Part shown: one piece after another, positions 28,888 to 38,680 of the stretch
How positions within the stretch are numbered: the first letter of the stretch is position 1
Layout: each line of letters opens with the position of its first letter
NCBI GenBank assembly: GCA_040882355.1
Contig: JBBEBM010000042.1
Coordinates: 17,309 to 81,308, forward strand
Direction of reading: 5' to 3'
Source of the DNA: Dehalococcoidia bacterium
Lineage (GTDB): Bacteria; Chloroflexota; Dehalococcoidia; DSTF01; RBG-16-68-14
DNA length: 64,000 bases
Made by a program: the position numbers and the translations under genes
The notes under the pieces: generated by a model
What the model saw: the letters and a program-made list of their open reading frames with translations, nothing else
What the model was told of the DNA's origin: nothing
The model's database searches: none

Positions 28888-30585
28888 TCAGGCGCAACTG
28901 TGGCCGAACTGCGCGACGGAGGCGGCGATGTCGCCGGCGGTGATCGAACCGTCGGCGGGCTGGAGGTCCCACGGCTCGCCACCCGGCAGGATGCCGCCGC
29001 GCTCGTACGCGCTGTGGTAGGCGGGCGCGGGCGGCGGCGGCGAAAGCGGGTCGCCCGGCTTGCCCGTCGCGCCGAAGCGCGCGACGACGCCCGCGATGTC
29101 GCCGGCGGTGACGGCGCGGTCGCGTGCGGGCGGCGGAGCGCCCGTTGGCACGTCGAAGAAGTCCCAGAGGTTGTTGGGGTCGCGTCGCCCGCCCTCCGTG
29201 GCATCGAGGCCCAGCTCCTGCGCGTCGCTGCAGCCGTCGCCGTCGCTGTCTTTGAGCAGGACAGGCGCCGGCAGCGGGCTGTCGGTCGTCGAGCCGTCGC
29301 CGAGCTGGCCGAAGGCGTTATCGCCCCAGCAGAGGACCGCGCCCGACGCAATCGCGCAGGTGTGCAGCGTACCGGCCGCAACAGCTTCGACGCCGCTGAG
29401 CGCAACGCAGGGCAGGTCGGCGCAGACGGCCACGGGGTTGTGCCAGTCGGTCGTGGTGCCGTCGCCGAGCTGGTTGCTGGCGTTGCGGCCCCAGCAGCGC
29501 GCGCCGCCGTTCGAGAGCGCCGCGCACGAGTGCTCGTCGCCCAAGCTGAGGCCGTCGATGCCCGTCAGCGCGACCCCGCCCGCGCAGTTCGTGCCCACGC
29601 CCGTCGCGCAGACGTCGAAGGGGTTCGCCCGCTGGAACGCCGTGCCTTCGCCGAGCTGGCCGCGGAAGTTCAGGCCCCAGCACTTCGCGCCGCCGTTCGA
29701 CATCAGCGCGCAGCTATGCCTGCCGCCCGCGTCGATGTCGCTCACGCCGGAGAGCAGAGCGCAGCCTGCGCCGGAGCCGAACTGACAGACGTCCGTGGGA
29801 CTGGGGCGCGGGTGAACGGCGGTGCCGTCGCCGACCTGGTTCTCGGAGTTCTGTCCCCAGCACTTCACGCCGCCGTTCGACATCAGCGCGCACGTGTGGT
29901 CGATGCCCGCGGCGATATCGACCACGTCCCCGAGGGCGGCGCAGGTAGCGGCGCTTCCCGTGGCGCAGACCGTCGCCGGCAGCGCGACGTCGAAGGCAAG
30001 GCCGTCGCCCAGCGCGCCCGCGGTGTTATCGCCCCAGCAGCGCGCTTCGCCGCTCGAGAGCGCCGCGCACGAGTGGTCCTTGCCCGCTGCGATCGCCGCG
30101 CTGCTGACACCATCCATGCCGGACACGTGGATCGGCAGCGGGTGCGCGTTCGTGTCCTGCGTGCCGATGCCGAGCTGCCCCTGGTTGTTCGCGCCCCAGC
30201 ACATCACGCCGTTGTCCGTGTTGAGGGCGCACGTGTGGAAGCCGCTCTCGCCGCCCGCCGCGATGGCGATGATGCCGGTGAGCGACCCACCGCCGGCGCA
30301 GCCCGCCCCCGAGCCGCTGGCGCAGACCTCCACGGGCGACGTGCGCATCGCGGCCGAGGTGCCGTCGCCGAGCTGGCCCCAGGTGTTGTCGCCCCAGCAC
30401 TTGACGGTGGTGTTGTCGAAGAGGGCGCAGGTATGGGCGCCGCCCGCCACGATCTCGATGACCTGGGCGCCTGTCGCAGCGGCTTCCGGCGGGCCGCCGG
30501 GCCGTCCGAGCGCGAGGCCCGCCGCCAGCGCCGCTATCGCGACGCCGAACGCCACCCCCACCAGCACCCATCGATTCACAAGCAT
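28888..30585 (-). CDS. secreted RCC1-repeat protein (7 repeats) with a TSP3-like repeat and the same dockerin-like C-terminal module
   Basis: It has an N-terminal signal/TM, CWGDNTxGQLGDG repeats, and the C-terminus DSDGDGCSD...LWDFFDVPTG...AGDIAGVVARFG...AGDIAASVAQFGHSCA, which is homologous to the C-terminus of 24123..27707. Confidence 0.7.
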   Translation of the reverse strand: MLVNRWVLVGVAFGVAIAALAAGLALGRPGGPPEAAATGAQVIEIVAGGAHTCALFDNTTVKCWGDNTWGQLGDGTSAAMRTSPVEVCASGSGAGCAGGGSLTGIIAIAAGGESGFHTCALNTDNGVMCWGANNQGQLGIGTQDTNAHPLPIHVSGMDGVSSAAIAAGKDHSCAALSSGEARCWGDNTAGALGDGLAFDVALPATVCATGSAATCAALGDVVDIAAGIDHTCALMSNGGVKCWGQNSENQVGDGTAVHPRPSPTDVCQFGSGAGCALLSGVSDIDAGGRHSCALMSNGGAKCWGLNFRGQLGEGTAFQRANPFDVCATGVGTNCAGGVALTGIDGLSLGDEHSCAALSNGGARCWGRNASNQLGDGTTTDWHNPVAVCADLPCVALSGVEAVAAGTLHTCAIASGAVLCWGDNAFGQLGDGSTTDSPLPAPVLLKDSDGDGCSDAQELGLDATEGGRRDPNNLWDFFDVPTGAPPPARDRAVTAGDIAGVVARFGATGKPGDPLSPPPPAPAYHSAYERGGILPGGEPWDLQPADGSITAGDIAASVAQFGHSCA

Positions 30586-30729
30586 GCCTTCCAGCGTTAT
30601 GTATTCTAACGCGGGAGGTGGCGAGATGCTACGGGAAGGGCTTGGGTCGCGGCGCTGAAGCGTTTGTCCGATCTCGCCGAGAACGCCGGGCAGATGCCTC
30701 TTCTGACACCAGCGGCTGAATCGTCGGCG

Positions 30730-31755
30730 TCAGGCCGCCTCTCGCTCCGCATCCGGCGAGTACATGGCCGTCCGCGCCAGGCCGCTCATCCGTGCCCGGT
30801 GAAGAAGGGCCGCTTGAGCCGCCAGGACGTTATCGGTGTGGCCACCCCAGGTGGGAAGTGCCGGGTACTGCAACGCCCGCCCGAAGGAGAAGCTCAGTTC
30901 CCACGGGAACGGGCCCCGTGACGCCATCGCATTGAGGTTCCTGCACGCCTCTTCGCCCGACTGGCCTCCAGAGAGAAAGGCGATCCCGGGCACTGCGGCG
31001 GGGACGCAGCGGTGGAGGGCCTTCAAGGTGCGTTCGGCTATCTGGCCGGTGTCTGCTTGAGCCGGGCACTCGCTGCCGGAGGTTACCATGTTGGGCTTAA
31101 GGACCATGCCCTCGAGGAGGCAGTGCTGCGAGACGAGCTGGTCGAATACGCTGTGGAGGACCTCTTCGGTCACCTCCTGGCAACGGTGGATGTCGTGCTC
31201 ACCGTTCATGAGCACTTCGGGCTCGACTATTGGGACGAGACCGGCCTCCTGCGCCAGGGCCGCATAACGGCCGAGCGCGTGGGCATTCGCCTCGATACAG
31301 CCGCGGCTCGGCATGTGCGGCCCGATTCTGATCACGGCACGCCACTTCGTGAAGCGCGCCCCCATCTCGCGGTACTCATCCAGCCGTTCCCGCAGCCCGT
31401 CCAGGCCCTCCGTGACCGTCTCACCGAGCGCTCCAGCAAGGGGCTTCGGGCCGGTGTCCACCTTGATCCCAGGTATGATACCCGAGGCGTTGAGCACGCC
31501 GACGAACGGCCGTCCATTCTCGGTGCTCTGGCGGATGGTCTCATCGACCAGTATGGCGGCGCTTATGTATTCGCCGATGCCCGGCGTGGTAAGGAGCATC
31601 TCCCGGTAGGCCCGCCGGCTATGCTCCGTGGAGTCGATGCCGAACTCCGTGAACCGCTTGGTACATGTCGGCGCCGTCTCATCAACGGCCAGGATGCCCT
31701 TGCCTTCCGCGACCATTGCCCGGGCAGTAGCTTCCAGCTTCTCCTCGATCGTCAT
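30730..31755 (-). CDS. fructose-bisphosphate aldolase, class I (eukaryotic-type)
   Basis: MTIEEKLEATARAMVAEGKGILAVDETAPTCTKRF...ILVDETIRQ matches the class I FBA N-terminus. The ORF track starts upstream, but the conserved start is the ATG at 31755. Confidence 0.85.
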   Translation of the reverse strand: MTIEEKLEATARAMVAEGKGILAVDETAPTCTKRFTEFGIDSTEHSRRAYREMLLTTPGIGEYISAAILVDETIRQSTENGRPFVGVLNASGIIPGIKVDTGPKPLAGALGETVTEGLDGLRERLDEYREMGARFTKWRAVIRIGPHMPSRGCIEANAHALGRYAALAQEAGLVPIVEPEVLMNGEHDIHRCQEVTEEVLHSVFDQLVSQHCLLEGMVLKPNMVTSGSECPAQADTGQIAERTLKALHRCVPAAVPGIAFLSGGQSGEEACRNLNAMASRGPFPWELSFSFGRALQYPALPTWGGHTDNVLAAQAALLHRARMSGLARTAMYSPDAEREAA

Positions 31756-31783
31756 ACTGGCCTTCCCAGCTCCGGCGCCACCG

Positions 31784-33073
31784 TCAGCGGTTGGCGGCGG
31801 GATCAAGCTCCACGACAGACTGAAATCGCTCCACGAACTCCTCCGCCTCCATTTTCGAGGCCGCAGCAAGGTCGCGCAGCAGACTCTCGTCTTCCAGATC
31901 GCTGCGACGTAGCCGGATCATATACTCCCGCGCCACCTCATAGTGCTCCGAGTTGACGTCCACCATGCGGGTGGGGATGCGGCCGGTCTCCGCGTCTCGA
32001 ATATCATCGAACGGCAGGACGCGCAGGCGGCCGTTGTCAAGGCAGACGAGGCCTCCCGCAAGCGTGTCTTCACTCGCATTCTCGTGTAGCAGGAACCGGA
32101 CGGCCCCGTATCCGAGCGTCCGGGTGTAGTCGATGTCAAATGGGATAGGCGCCGCACACCTCAGTTCATAGCCCAGGGTGACCGCCACGAGTGCGAGCGA
32201 CTCACCGCGTTCAGCGAATCGGCGCACGATCTCGCGCTCGAGGATGGACGCAAGAGCGACCTTCTCCAGACGGATGTTACCGTAGGAGTCATAGCCCACC
32301 TCCACGCCGGGGACATTCGCCAGTTGATCCGGGTCCATCCTGGCCGCCACACCTTCGGCGACGACCGCGAGGCCGTAGTCCTGACCAAGCGAACGCCTCT
32401 TTAGGATTGCGCCCTCCACCACCAAGCAGGGGTCCTCGAGGGAGATCTGATTGGCGGGAAACTCCTCCGGAATGATCGTGACGGTGGCGCCTGCTGCTTT
32501 CCCGATTCCCAGGGCTAGGTGCCCGGCCTTGCGGCCCATCACGACGACCAGACACCAGCGGTTGGTCGTGCGGGCCTCCTCCATCAGATTGAGGACCCAC
32601 TGCGTGCCGAGATGGCGCGCGGTCTCAAACCCGAATGTAGGGCCGTTCGCCGGCAGGGGAAGGTCGTTGTCGATGGTCTTCGGAATGTGTGCGACCCGTA
32701 TGCCGCCGCCACGCTGGCACACTTGCGCGGCTGCAGAAGCGGTGTCGTCACCGCCGATGGTGATCAGATGACTCACTCCCAGCTTTGTGAGCGTTTCCAG
32801 GGTCCGCTTCAAATCACTCGCGTTGCGAGTGGGGTTCGCTCGTGACGTCCTGATGATGGACCCGCCCTGGAAGTGGATGCGGGAGACGCCGGCGATGGCC
32901 AGCGGTTGAACCATATCGGTCCGTCCATTGATGAGGTGCTCGAATCCGTCGTAGATGCCGAGAACCTCCACGCCCGCCTTGGCGGATTCTATGACCGCGG
33001 CGCTCAGGGCGCTGTTAATGCCTGGAGCGGGTCCGCCCCCCACCAGGATCCCTAAACGCTGTTCTGACGTCAT
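31784..33073 (-). CDS. 6-phosphofructokinase (PfkA family, possibly PPi-dependent)
   Basis: The translation contains GILVGGGPAPGINSAL...GGDDT... Confidence 0.88.
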   Translation of the reverse strand: MTSEQRLGILVGGGPAPGINSALSAAVIESAKAGVEVLGIYDGFEHLINGRTDMVQPLAIAGVSRIHFQGGSIIRTSRANPTRNASDLKRTLETLTKLGVSHLITIGGDDTASAAAQVCQRGGGIRVAHIPKTIDNDLPLPANGPTFGFETARHLGTQWVLNLMEEARTTNRWCLVVVMGRKAGHLALGIGKAAGATVTIIPEEFPANQISLEDPCLVVEGAILKRRSLGQDYGLAVVAEGVAARMDPDQLANVPGVEVGYDSYGNIRLEKVALASILEREIVRRFAERGESLALVAVTLGYELRCAAPIPFDIDYTRTLGYGAVRFLLHENASEDTLAGGLVCLDNGRLRVLPFDDIRDAETGRIPTRMVDVNSEHYEVAREYMIRLRRSDLEDESLLRDLAAASKMEAEEFVERFQSVVELDPAANR

Positions 33074-33464
33074 CTGCCCGGCTTCCCTTCCGTATCAGAC
33101 GGCTTCCAGATTCAGTTTAGTCCCTTCGGTCAGGTCCTGCCAACAACGGGCTACCGGGTGCGACGGACGGGGCCCATAGGCGCCGCCGGCAGCTATGACA
33201 AGGTGCTCATTCTCTCGAGACACTCATCGGCACCAACCCTCGATCCGCGCCTGCCCTCGAGGCCTTGCTGCGACCCTCGACCCGGGGGAGGAGGGGCAGT
33301 GGGGGGCCTAGTCCGCCTCGCGGCCCCTGCCATCAAGAACTGCAATCACGACGCCGACCATGAATACGAGGGAGATTCGCGTCAGGAGAGAGATGCGCCG
33401 GTCCATGCAGAGTCGCCTTCCTGCTGTGCGCCACCTGTGGCGCCACCGCCCGAGCAGCGCAATC

Positions 33465-34100
33465 ATGCCACCGTCGCGTCCTCATGTCAAGGCCGTTGCC
33501 CTGCTGTTACCGCTAGCGGTCGTCGCTGCTGCTTGGGGCCTCGGGTGCACCGAACCTTCTGGACAGTCCGCTCAGAACCCCTCCGACCCCCGAACGAGTG
33601 CCGATTTTCGGGACCCGGTGGACGACGCGCAGAACGCCGGCGTCTCCGTCTATTGGCTGGGACCGGAGTTTGATGCGGGCGGCCTTCACTTCGCCGTATA
33701 CCCCGAAGCTGACTTCACTGACGACACCGATAGCCGCCATCCGGGGCTGAGCCTGGACTACTTCGCTCGCACTGCGGAAGGCAGCGTGCGCAGTGGCCTC
33801 GAGATGTACTCGAAGGCCGGCAACGGCCCACAGATCATGTTGGAACGAGCGTTGGCTGTGGATGGCGCGCTGGCGGACGAAGTTCAGGTTGGCGGGTGGC
33901 CTGCCCAACTCGTCACTCTGCCATCGCCGTCACGGCCCGTGAACAAGCTGTACCTGTTCGTTGACGTGGGCGACACGGTGGCCATCGTTCAGGCGGCCTC
34001 TGGTGAAACCGGCGTGCCCGGCGCGGACCCCAATCCTCTCATCGATAAGGACCTGCTCATCCAGGTTGTGGCGGAGAGCCTCCAGCCCATCCCAGAATAG
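33465..34100 (+). CDS. hypothetical lipoprotein (signal peptide LLLPLAVVAAAWGLGC)
   Basis: It has a lipobox. ATG 33465 is the likely start (ORF track: 33360). A fragment of its C-terminus is duplicated at 7955-8023. Confidence 0.5.
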   Translation: MPPSRPHVKAVALLLPLAVVAAAWGLGCTEPSGQSAQNPSDPRTSADFRDPVDDAQNAGVSVYWLGPEFDAGGLHFAVYPEADFTDDTDSRHPGLSLDYFARTAEGSVRSGLEMYSKAGNGPQIMLERALAVDGALADEVQVGGWPAQLVTLPSPSRPVNKLYLFVDVGDTVAIVQAASGETGVPGADPNPLIDKDLLIQVVAESLQPIPE

Positions 34101-34129
34101 CGCTCTCCGCGGCCGTGCCATCCGACCGT

Positions 34130-34330
34130 TCGCGCTCTCCCCCCGCGCGCGTATCCTCACACTCGACAACACCGCGAGGGTACGCAGCGCTCAGCGCACG
34201 GGTGCCAGACTCGCGTGAGAGAGGAGATCCGGAGTGTTTCGCCCGAGAAAGGCGATTTTGCCAAACGTACTGACAGGTTTCGCGCGGCTGCACAGCGGCC
34301 ACGCCGGACAATCGGGCATGGGGGCGGGCC
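34130..34330 (-). repeat. copy D of the dispersed ~190-bp repeat family
   Basis: It is the reverse complement of the 23883-24075 copy and is in the same orientation as 8040-8205. Confidence 0.6.
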
Positions 34331-34379
34331 GGGGCCGTCGGGCTTCCAGCTTCCAGAGACCAGGGCGGGGCGGTGTGGG

Positions 34380-35153
34380 TCAGTCCGGCTTGCGGCCGCC
34401 GAAGAGCGCCAGCTCGAAGAGCTTGAAGTAGCAGTCCACGTCCAGATAGCCCAGCTCGCGCAGCCACGCGCACTGGTCCTCGACGGAGGCCAGGATGTTG
34501 GCCTGGCGGTCCTCGCGGTGCACGTACTCCGAGGCGATCTGCGCGCGCGACTTCTCGGCGCCCGCGGCTCGATGGTGGTCGTAATAGCTATCGATGAGCA
34601 GGTCGTCGAAGATGCCCGTCAGCCAGGGCGTGGGCGAGCTGACGTGCTCGATGTTGAGGAAGAAGCCGCCGGGCGAAAGCAGGTCCAGCACCTCCACGTA
34701 GAGGGCTCGCTTGCGGGCGTCACTCAGGTGGTGGATGGCGAAGCCGGACACGACAGCGTCGAAGGGCGCCCGCCTCCGTACCGCGCCCACCCACTCCGGC
34801 TGCGAGAGGTCGGCGGCGACGATCTCGCACTGGTCGCGGCGTCCGGCGAAGCGGGCGCGCGCCTCGCGGAGCATGGGCGCCGAGAAGTCGACGAGCGTGG
34901 CGCGGGCCGTCGGGTAGCGCGTGAGGAGCGCCGCCGCCAGCGTGCCGTCGCCACAGCCCAGGTCGGCGATGCTGGTCATCGGCACGTCTGACGCCTCGAT
35001 CAGGCGGAGCATCGTGTCGATCTGCTCCCGGGCGAGCGGTATCGCCGCCCGCACGCCGTCCAGATAGGCGCGAACGGCGGTTTCGCTCTTCCAGGCGTCG
35101 GCGTGGGAGGCCATGGCCGCACGGTAGCACAGGGCGCGGTCCCAGCCCATCAA
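34380..35153 (-). CDS. class I SAM-dependent methyltransferase
   Basis: It has the SAM-binding motif I, IADLGCGDGTLAAALL. Confidence 0.8.
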   Translation of the reverse strand: MMGWDRALCYRAAMASHADAWKSETAVRAYLDGVRAAIPLAREQIDTMLRLIEASDVPMTSIADLGCGDGTLAAALLTRYPTARATLVDFSAPMLREARARFAGRRDQCEIVAADLSQPEWVGAVRRRAPFDAVVSGFAIHHLSDARKRALYVEVLDLLSPGGFFLNIEHVSSPTPWLTGIFDDLLIDSYYDHHRAAGAEKSRAQIASEYVHREDRQANILASVEDQCAWLRELGYLDVDCYFKLFELALFGGRKPD

Positions 35154-35211
35154 CCTTCGACCCAGAGGGAAGGGGAGGCGGGAGATACGGCCTGTGGCCG
35201 ATAACCCTTAG

Positions 35212-35823
35212 GTGGCCCCTGCGGGCCGCGCGAGGGGTATCGTGAGCGAAGACGAGACGTTCGCACCCGCTGACGACGAAGGCGAGGCGTTGCTGGTCGC
35301 TCGCGCGAAGCAGCGCGAGCCGTCCGCCTGGGCCGAGCTGTACGACGCCCACTACTCGAAGCTCTACCGCTACTGCTACGCCCGCACGGGCGACGAGGCC
35401 ACCGCGGCCGACCTGGCGTCGAAGGTGTTTCTGGAGGCGCTGGAGGGCATCGACCGGTACGAGTTCCGGGGGCGCCCGCTGCTCGCGTGGCTGTACCGCA
35501 TCGCCCGGAACGTGCTCACGGACCACCTGCGCGCCCGCGAGCGCGAGTCGAAGGCGCTGGAGCAGGCGGCAAGCTTGAGCGACCGGCACGACCCGGGCCC
35601 AGACGCCCACGTAGCCGACCGCGAGGACCTGCTGGCCGCGATGAAGCAGCTCACCGAAGAGCAGCAGCAGGTGGTGGCGCTGCGCTACTTCGCCGGATGC
35701 AGCACCCCTGAGATTGCGCGCCTGATGCGACGAAGCGAACGGGCGGTCTACTCGCTGGAGGCGCGCGCGCTGGCATCGTTGCGGCGGCTGCTAGAGCCGG
35801 AGCAGGCGGAATCGGCGGCCTGA
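35212..35823 (+). CDS. RNA polymerase ECF-type sigma factor
   Basis: Sigma-70 regions 2 and 4 are present (FLEALEGIDRYEFRGRPLLAWLYRIARNVLTDHLR; HTH at the C-terminus). Confidence 0.85.
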   Translation: MAPAGRARGIVSEDETFAPADDEGEALLVARAKQREPSAWAELYDAHYSKLYRYCYARTGDEATAADLASKVFLEALEGIDRYEFRGRPLLAWLYRIARNVLTDHLRARERESKALEQAASLSDRHDPGPDAHVADREDLLAAMKQLTEEQQQVVALRYFAGCSTPEIARLMRRSERAVYSLEARALASLRRLLEPEQAESAA

Positions 35824-36009
35824 GCTGTCCAGGGAGACGGATCAGGCGATGGCGCGCCGGCCGTTGGCTCGGCTAGGGAACCCACGTGTCACGTCGTGGG
35901 GCCAGACCTATCGCTCGGGGTCGGCTCGCCGACCTTTCCGCTCAAAATGACAGGAGCACCCGAGGAAAATCGCGCTCCTCCAGCGATAGACGTTCGAGGA
36001 GGTGTCTGA

Positions 36010-36636
36010 ATGGAAGGCACGCTGATAGCAAACACAGCCGCCCTGCGAATTCATGTCCCGCCGCTGAGCGCCCTCCGCCCCAAGTCAGGCACGGAGGACG
36101 CAGAGGCGCGCCTGGTCGAGCGCGCGAAGGAGCGACGGCCGTCCGCCTGGGTGCAGATCTACGATGACCATTACCGGCGTCTCTACCTCTACTGTTACGC
36201 GCGGACGGGTGGCCGAGCGGTCGCAGCGAAGCTGGCGTCGCTGGTATTTCTGCAGGCGCTGAAGGAGATCGACCATCTCGTGCATTGGAGCGGCCAGTCG
36301 CTTCTCGCGTGGCTGTACGGCATGGCACGAAGTCACGTGGATGGGCATATCGAACGGGAGAGTAGCTGCGATCAAGTGGTCGATGCTGACGATGAGGGCC
36401 GGGAGATGGCGTGGATCCGGTCGCTGCCTCGAGAACAGCAGGAGGTGCTGGCCCTGCAATACTACGCGGGCTGCACGACGGCGGAGATCGCGAAGGTGAT
36501 CGAGCGCCCAGAGCAGTTCGTGGAGGGGCTGAAGGCCCGAGCGTTGCGCGGGTTGCTGCACGCGGGCAAGCTGAGACCGGACGCCACGCTCCCTACCGCG
36601 CCAGCCCTCGCTGGCGAGAGGAGAGTCCGGGCATGA
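36010..36636 (+). CDS. RNA polymerase ECF-type sigma factor (paralog of 35212..35823)
   Basis: It has the same domain layout, and its stop overlaps the next ATG (ATGA). Confidence 0.85.
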   Translation: MEGTLIANTAALRIHVPPLSALRPKSGTEDAEARLVERAKERRPSAWVQIYDDHYRRLYLYCYARTGGRAVAAKLASLVFLQALKEIDHLVHWSGQSLLAWLYGMARSHVDGHIERESSCDQVVDADDEGREMAWIRSLPREQQEVLALQYYAGCTTAEIAKVIERPEQFVEGLKARALRGLLHAGKLRPDATLPTAPALAGERRVRA

Positions 36637-37859
36637 ACGAGCTGAGCGACAAGCAAGTGACCATCCTGACCGACTTGCTGGCGGCGCTGGACGGAGGCGC
36701 CGGCCTGGAGGCATGTCTGGCGCGCTTCCCGAATGACGCGCACGCGTTGCGCCCCTACCTGGAGCTGCACACTCAGTTGCTGAGCCAGCAGAAGCCCGCG
36801 CCTTCAGCGGCCGATTACGATGCGGGCCGGGAGGCGCTCCTGGAGCGACTGGCCAGCTCCCCTGCGCCTGCGACGGGGCTCTCGCTCCGTGACACGGTCG
36901 CCGCTGCCTGGACCAGGGTACGACGAGGCGTTCGGCGCTTCGAGCTGAGCGGACGGGGGTTCCAGCCCGCGTTGATGCGCGTCGCGGCATTCGCGGCGAT
37001 CTTCCTGCTTATCGGTGGTGGCACGCTGGGCGCTTCGGCGGCGGCGGGCTTCCGGCCCTCGCGCGCAGTGCTTTCGAGCGTGGGCCTGATGGAACGCCCG
37101 CCGGCGAACGTGGCGCACGTCGAAGGTGACGACGACGCAGGCGCGACGCCCGGGCCGAATCGAGACGACGATGACGGCGGCACGAACGAGCCTGGCGAGA
37201 GCAACGGCGGGGACGATGGCGATCAGGTCGTCCGGCCGCCCGAGAGCGACGGCGGAGACGATGGCGGCGACGGCGACCCATCGCGGCCCGACGACGACCA
37301 AGGCGTCGATGTCCTGCCGACGCTGCCGGGCGGCGTCGACGTGCCACCGATCGAGGCGCCGCCGGTGGTGGTCATCGACCCGACGCCGGCGCCGCTCGAC
37401 CGGCTCTGCATGCCGCGAGATGCCGTGCAGTGGTACCCGCAGCTCGCGCAGTACGTGCGGACATGCACGGCCGACGAGTTCGCCGCGCTGATCGCGCCTC
37501 TGGGCAACACACTGTGCGTGCCGCAGGACCTCGTGTCGCGGCTGCCGTTGCTGCTTAGGGGGCTGCTGCCGGTCTGCAGCAACGCGCAGGCACAGGCGTT
37601 ACCGTGGCTCTTCTTCGCGAAGGGGTATTGCGTGCCGCAGGCGATCGCCCAGCGCGTGCCGGCGACGAGCGCCAATGCACTGCACGTCTGCACCCCCGAC
37701 GCGATCCTCGCGATACTGCTGGAGTCGCTGCCGCAGGACGAGTGTCTCTCCGGCAACCTGCTTGACCCGATCCTCTGTCCGAACGAGGGCAGCGAAGGGA
37801 GCGCGACCGACCCGATCGACGGCTTGCTCGGCGGGCTGGGCCTGACGCTCACCAACTAG
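36633..37859 (+). CDS. putative anti-sigma factor: cytoplasmic N-domain, one TM helix, D/G-rich spacer, Cys-rich extracytoplasmic domain with three C(M/V)P(R/Q)D-type repeats
   Basis: It is translationally coupled to the ECF sigma gene. It has a TM helix (AAFAAIFLLIGGGTLGASAAA) and the repeats LCMPRDAVQWYPQL, LCVPQDLVSRLPLL, YCVPQAIAQRVPAT. Confidence 0.5.
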   Translation: MNELSDKQVTILTDLLAALDGGAGLEACLARFPNDAHALRPYLELHTQLLSQQKPAPSAADYDAGREALLERLASSPAPATGLSLRDTVAAAWTRVRRGVRRFELSGRGFQPALMRVAAFAAIFLLIGGGTLGASAAAGFRPSRAVLSSVGLMERPPANVAHVEGDDDAGATPGPNRDDDDGGTNEPGESNGGDDGDQVVRPPESDGGDDGGDGDPSRPDDDQGVDVLPTLPGGVDVPPIEAPPVVVIDPTPAPLDRLCMPRDAVQWYPQLAQYVRTCTADEFAALIAPLGNTLCVPQDLVSRLPLLLRGLLPVCSNAQAQALPWLFFAKGYCVPQAIAQRVPATSANALHVCTPDAILAILLESLPQDECLSGNLLDPILCPNEGSEGSATDPIDGLLGGLGLTLTN

Positions 37860-37978
37860 CTTCCTGACACGCTGCCCTAGAGAGACGCCCCGATGCGGAG
37901 TCGGGGCGTCTCTCTTTCACCGAGATGGCGCGTAGGGTTGGTATACTGACGTAAGACACTATCGGATAGGGGCATCGC

Positions 37979-38677
37979 TTGTTCATCTACTACCTGGATC
38001 TCCTCGATACCGACTTCCTGCTCTTCCTTTCGTTCGCGGGGGCGGTGACGCTGGCGCTCATCGGAGGCATCGCCTTCCACGAGTTCTGTCACGCCGCGAG
38101 CGCGACTGCGCTCGGTGATACGACAGCGCAGCGGATGGGCCGCCTGACGTTGAACCCGATGGCGCACCTGGACCCGTTCGGGACGCTTCTCCTGTTCATA
38201 GCGGGCTTCGGCTGGGGCAAGCCGGTGCCCGTGAATACGGCGGCCCTTCGCAACGGTCGCACGGGCATGGCGATGGTTGCTGCGGCGGGCCCGCTCTCCA
38301 ACCTGCTGCTGGCGGCCATGCTGGCGGTCCCGATCCGGCTGGGCCTCGCGGACTGGCACAGTCCCTTCGCCGTCATCTCCAGCACGACGTTCTGGACGAC
38401 GGGCGATTACGTCGGGCTGTTCTTGAGCGCGGGGATCCTGCTGAACGTGATCCTGGCCGTCTTCAACTTCATTCCCCTCGCGCCTCTCGACGGCTTCAAG
38501 GTCGCGCTGGGGCTGCTGCCCGCCGACCTGGCGCGGCCGATCGCGGAGATGGAGCGCTACGGGATGGTGATCCTGATGGGGCTCTTCTTCATCGGCCCGC
38601 TCGTGGGGATCAACTTCTTCGACTGGGTGGTGCGGCCGGCGGTGGAGGCGATCGCCGGGACGCTGTTGGGGGTGTAA
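37979..38677 (+). CDS. site-2 protease family (M50) intramembrane metalloprotease
   Basis: It has HEFCHA (HExxH) and the LAPLDGF (LDG) motif in a polytopic membrane protein. Confidence 0.8.
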   Translation: MFIYYLDLLDTDFLLFLSFAGAVTLALIGGIAFHEFCHAASATALGDTTAQRMGRLTLNPMAHLDPFGTLLLFIAGFGWGKPVPVNTAALRNGRTGMAMVAAAGPLSNLLLAAMLAVPIRLGLADWHSPFAVISSTTFWTTGDYVGLFLSAGILLNVILAVFNFIPLAPLDGFKVALGLLPADLARPIAEMERYGMVILMGLFFIGPLVGINFFDWVVRPAVEAIAGTLLGV

Positions 38678-38680
38678 CGC

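Noticed and set aside
28900-30609. 569-aa + strand ORF
   Set aside because: It is antisense to the RCC1-repeat gene, which has clear repeat periodicity. The antisense translation is Arg/Ala-rich.
33158-33673. 171-aa + ORF upstream of, and overlapping, the lipoprotein gene
   Set aside because: It is Arg/Pro/Gly-rich, in a different frame from the conserved lipoprotein signal peptide, and a likely artefact.
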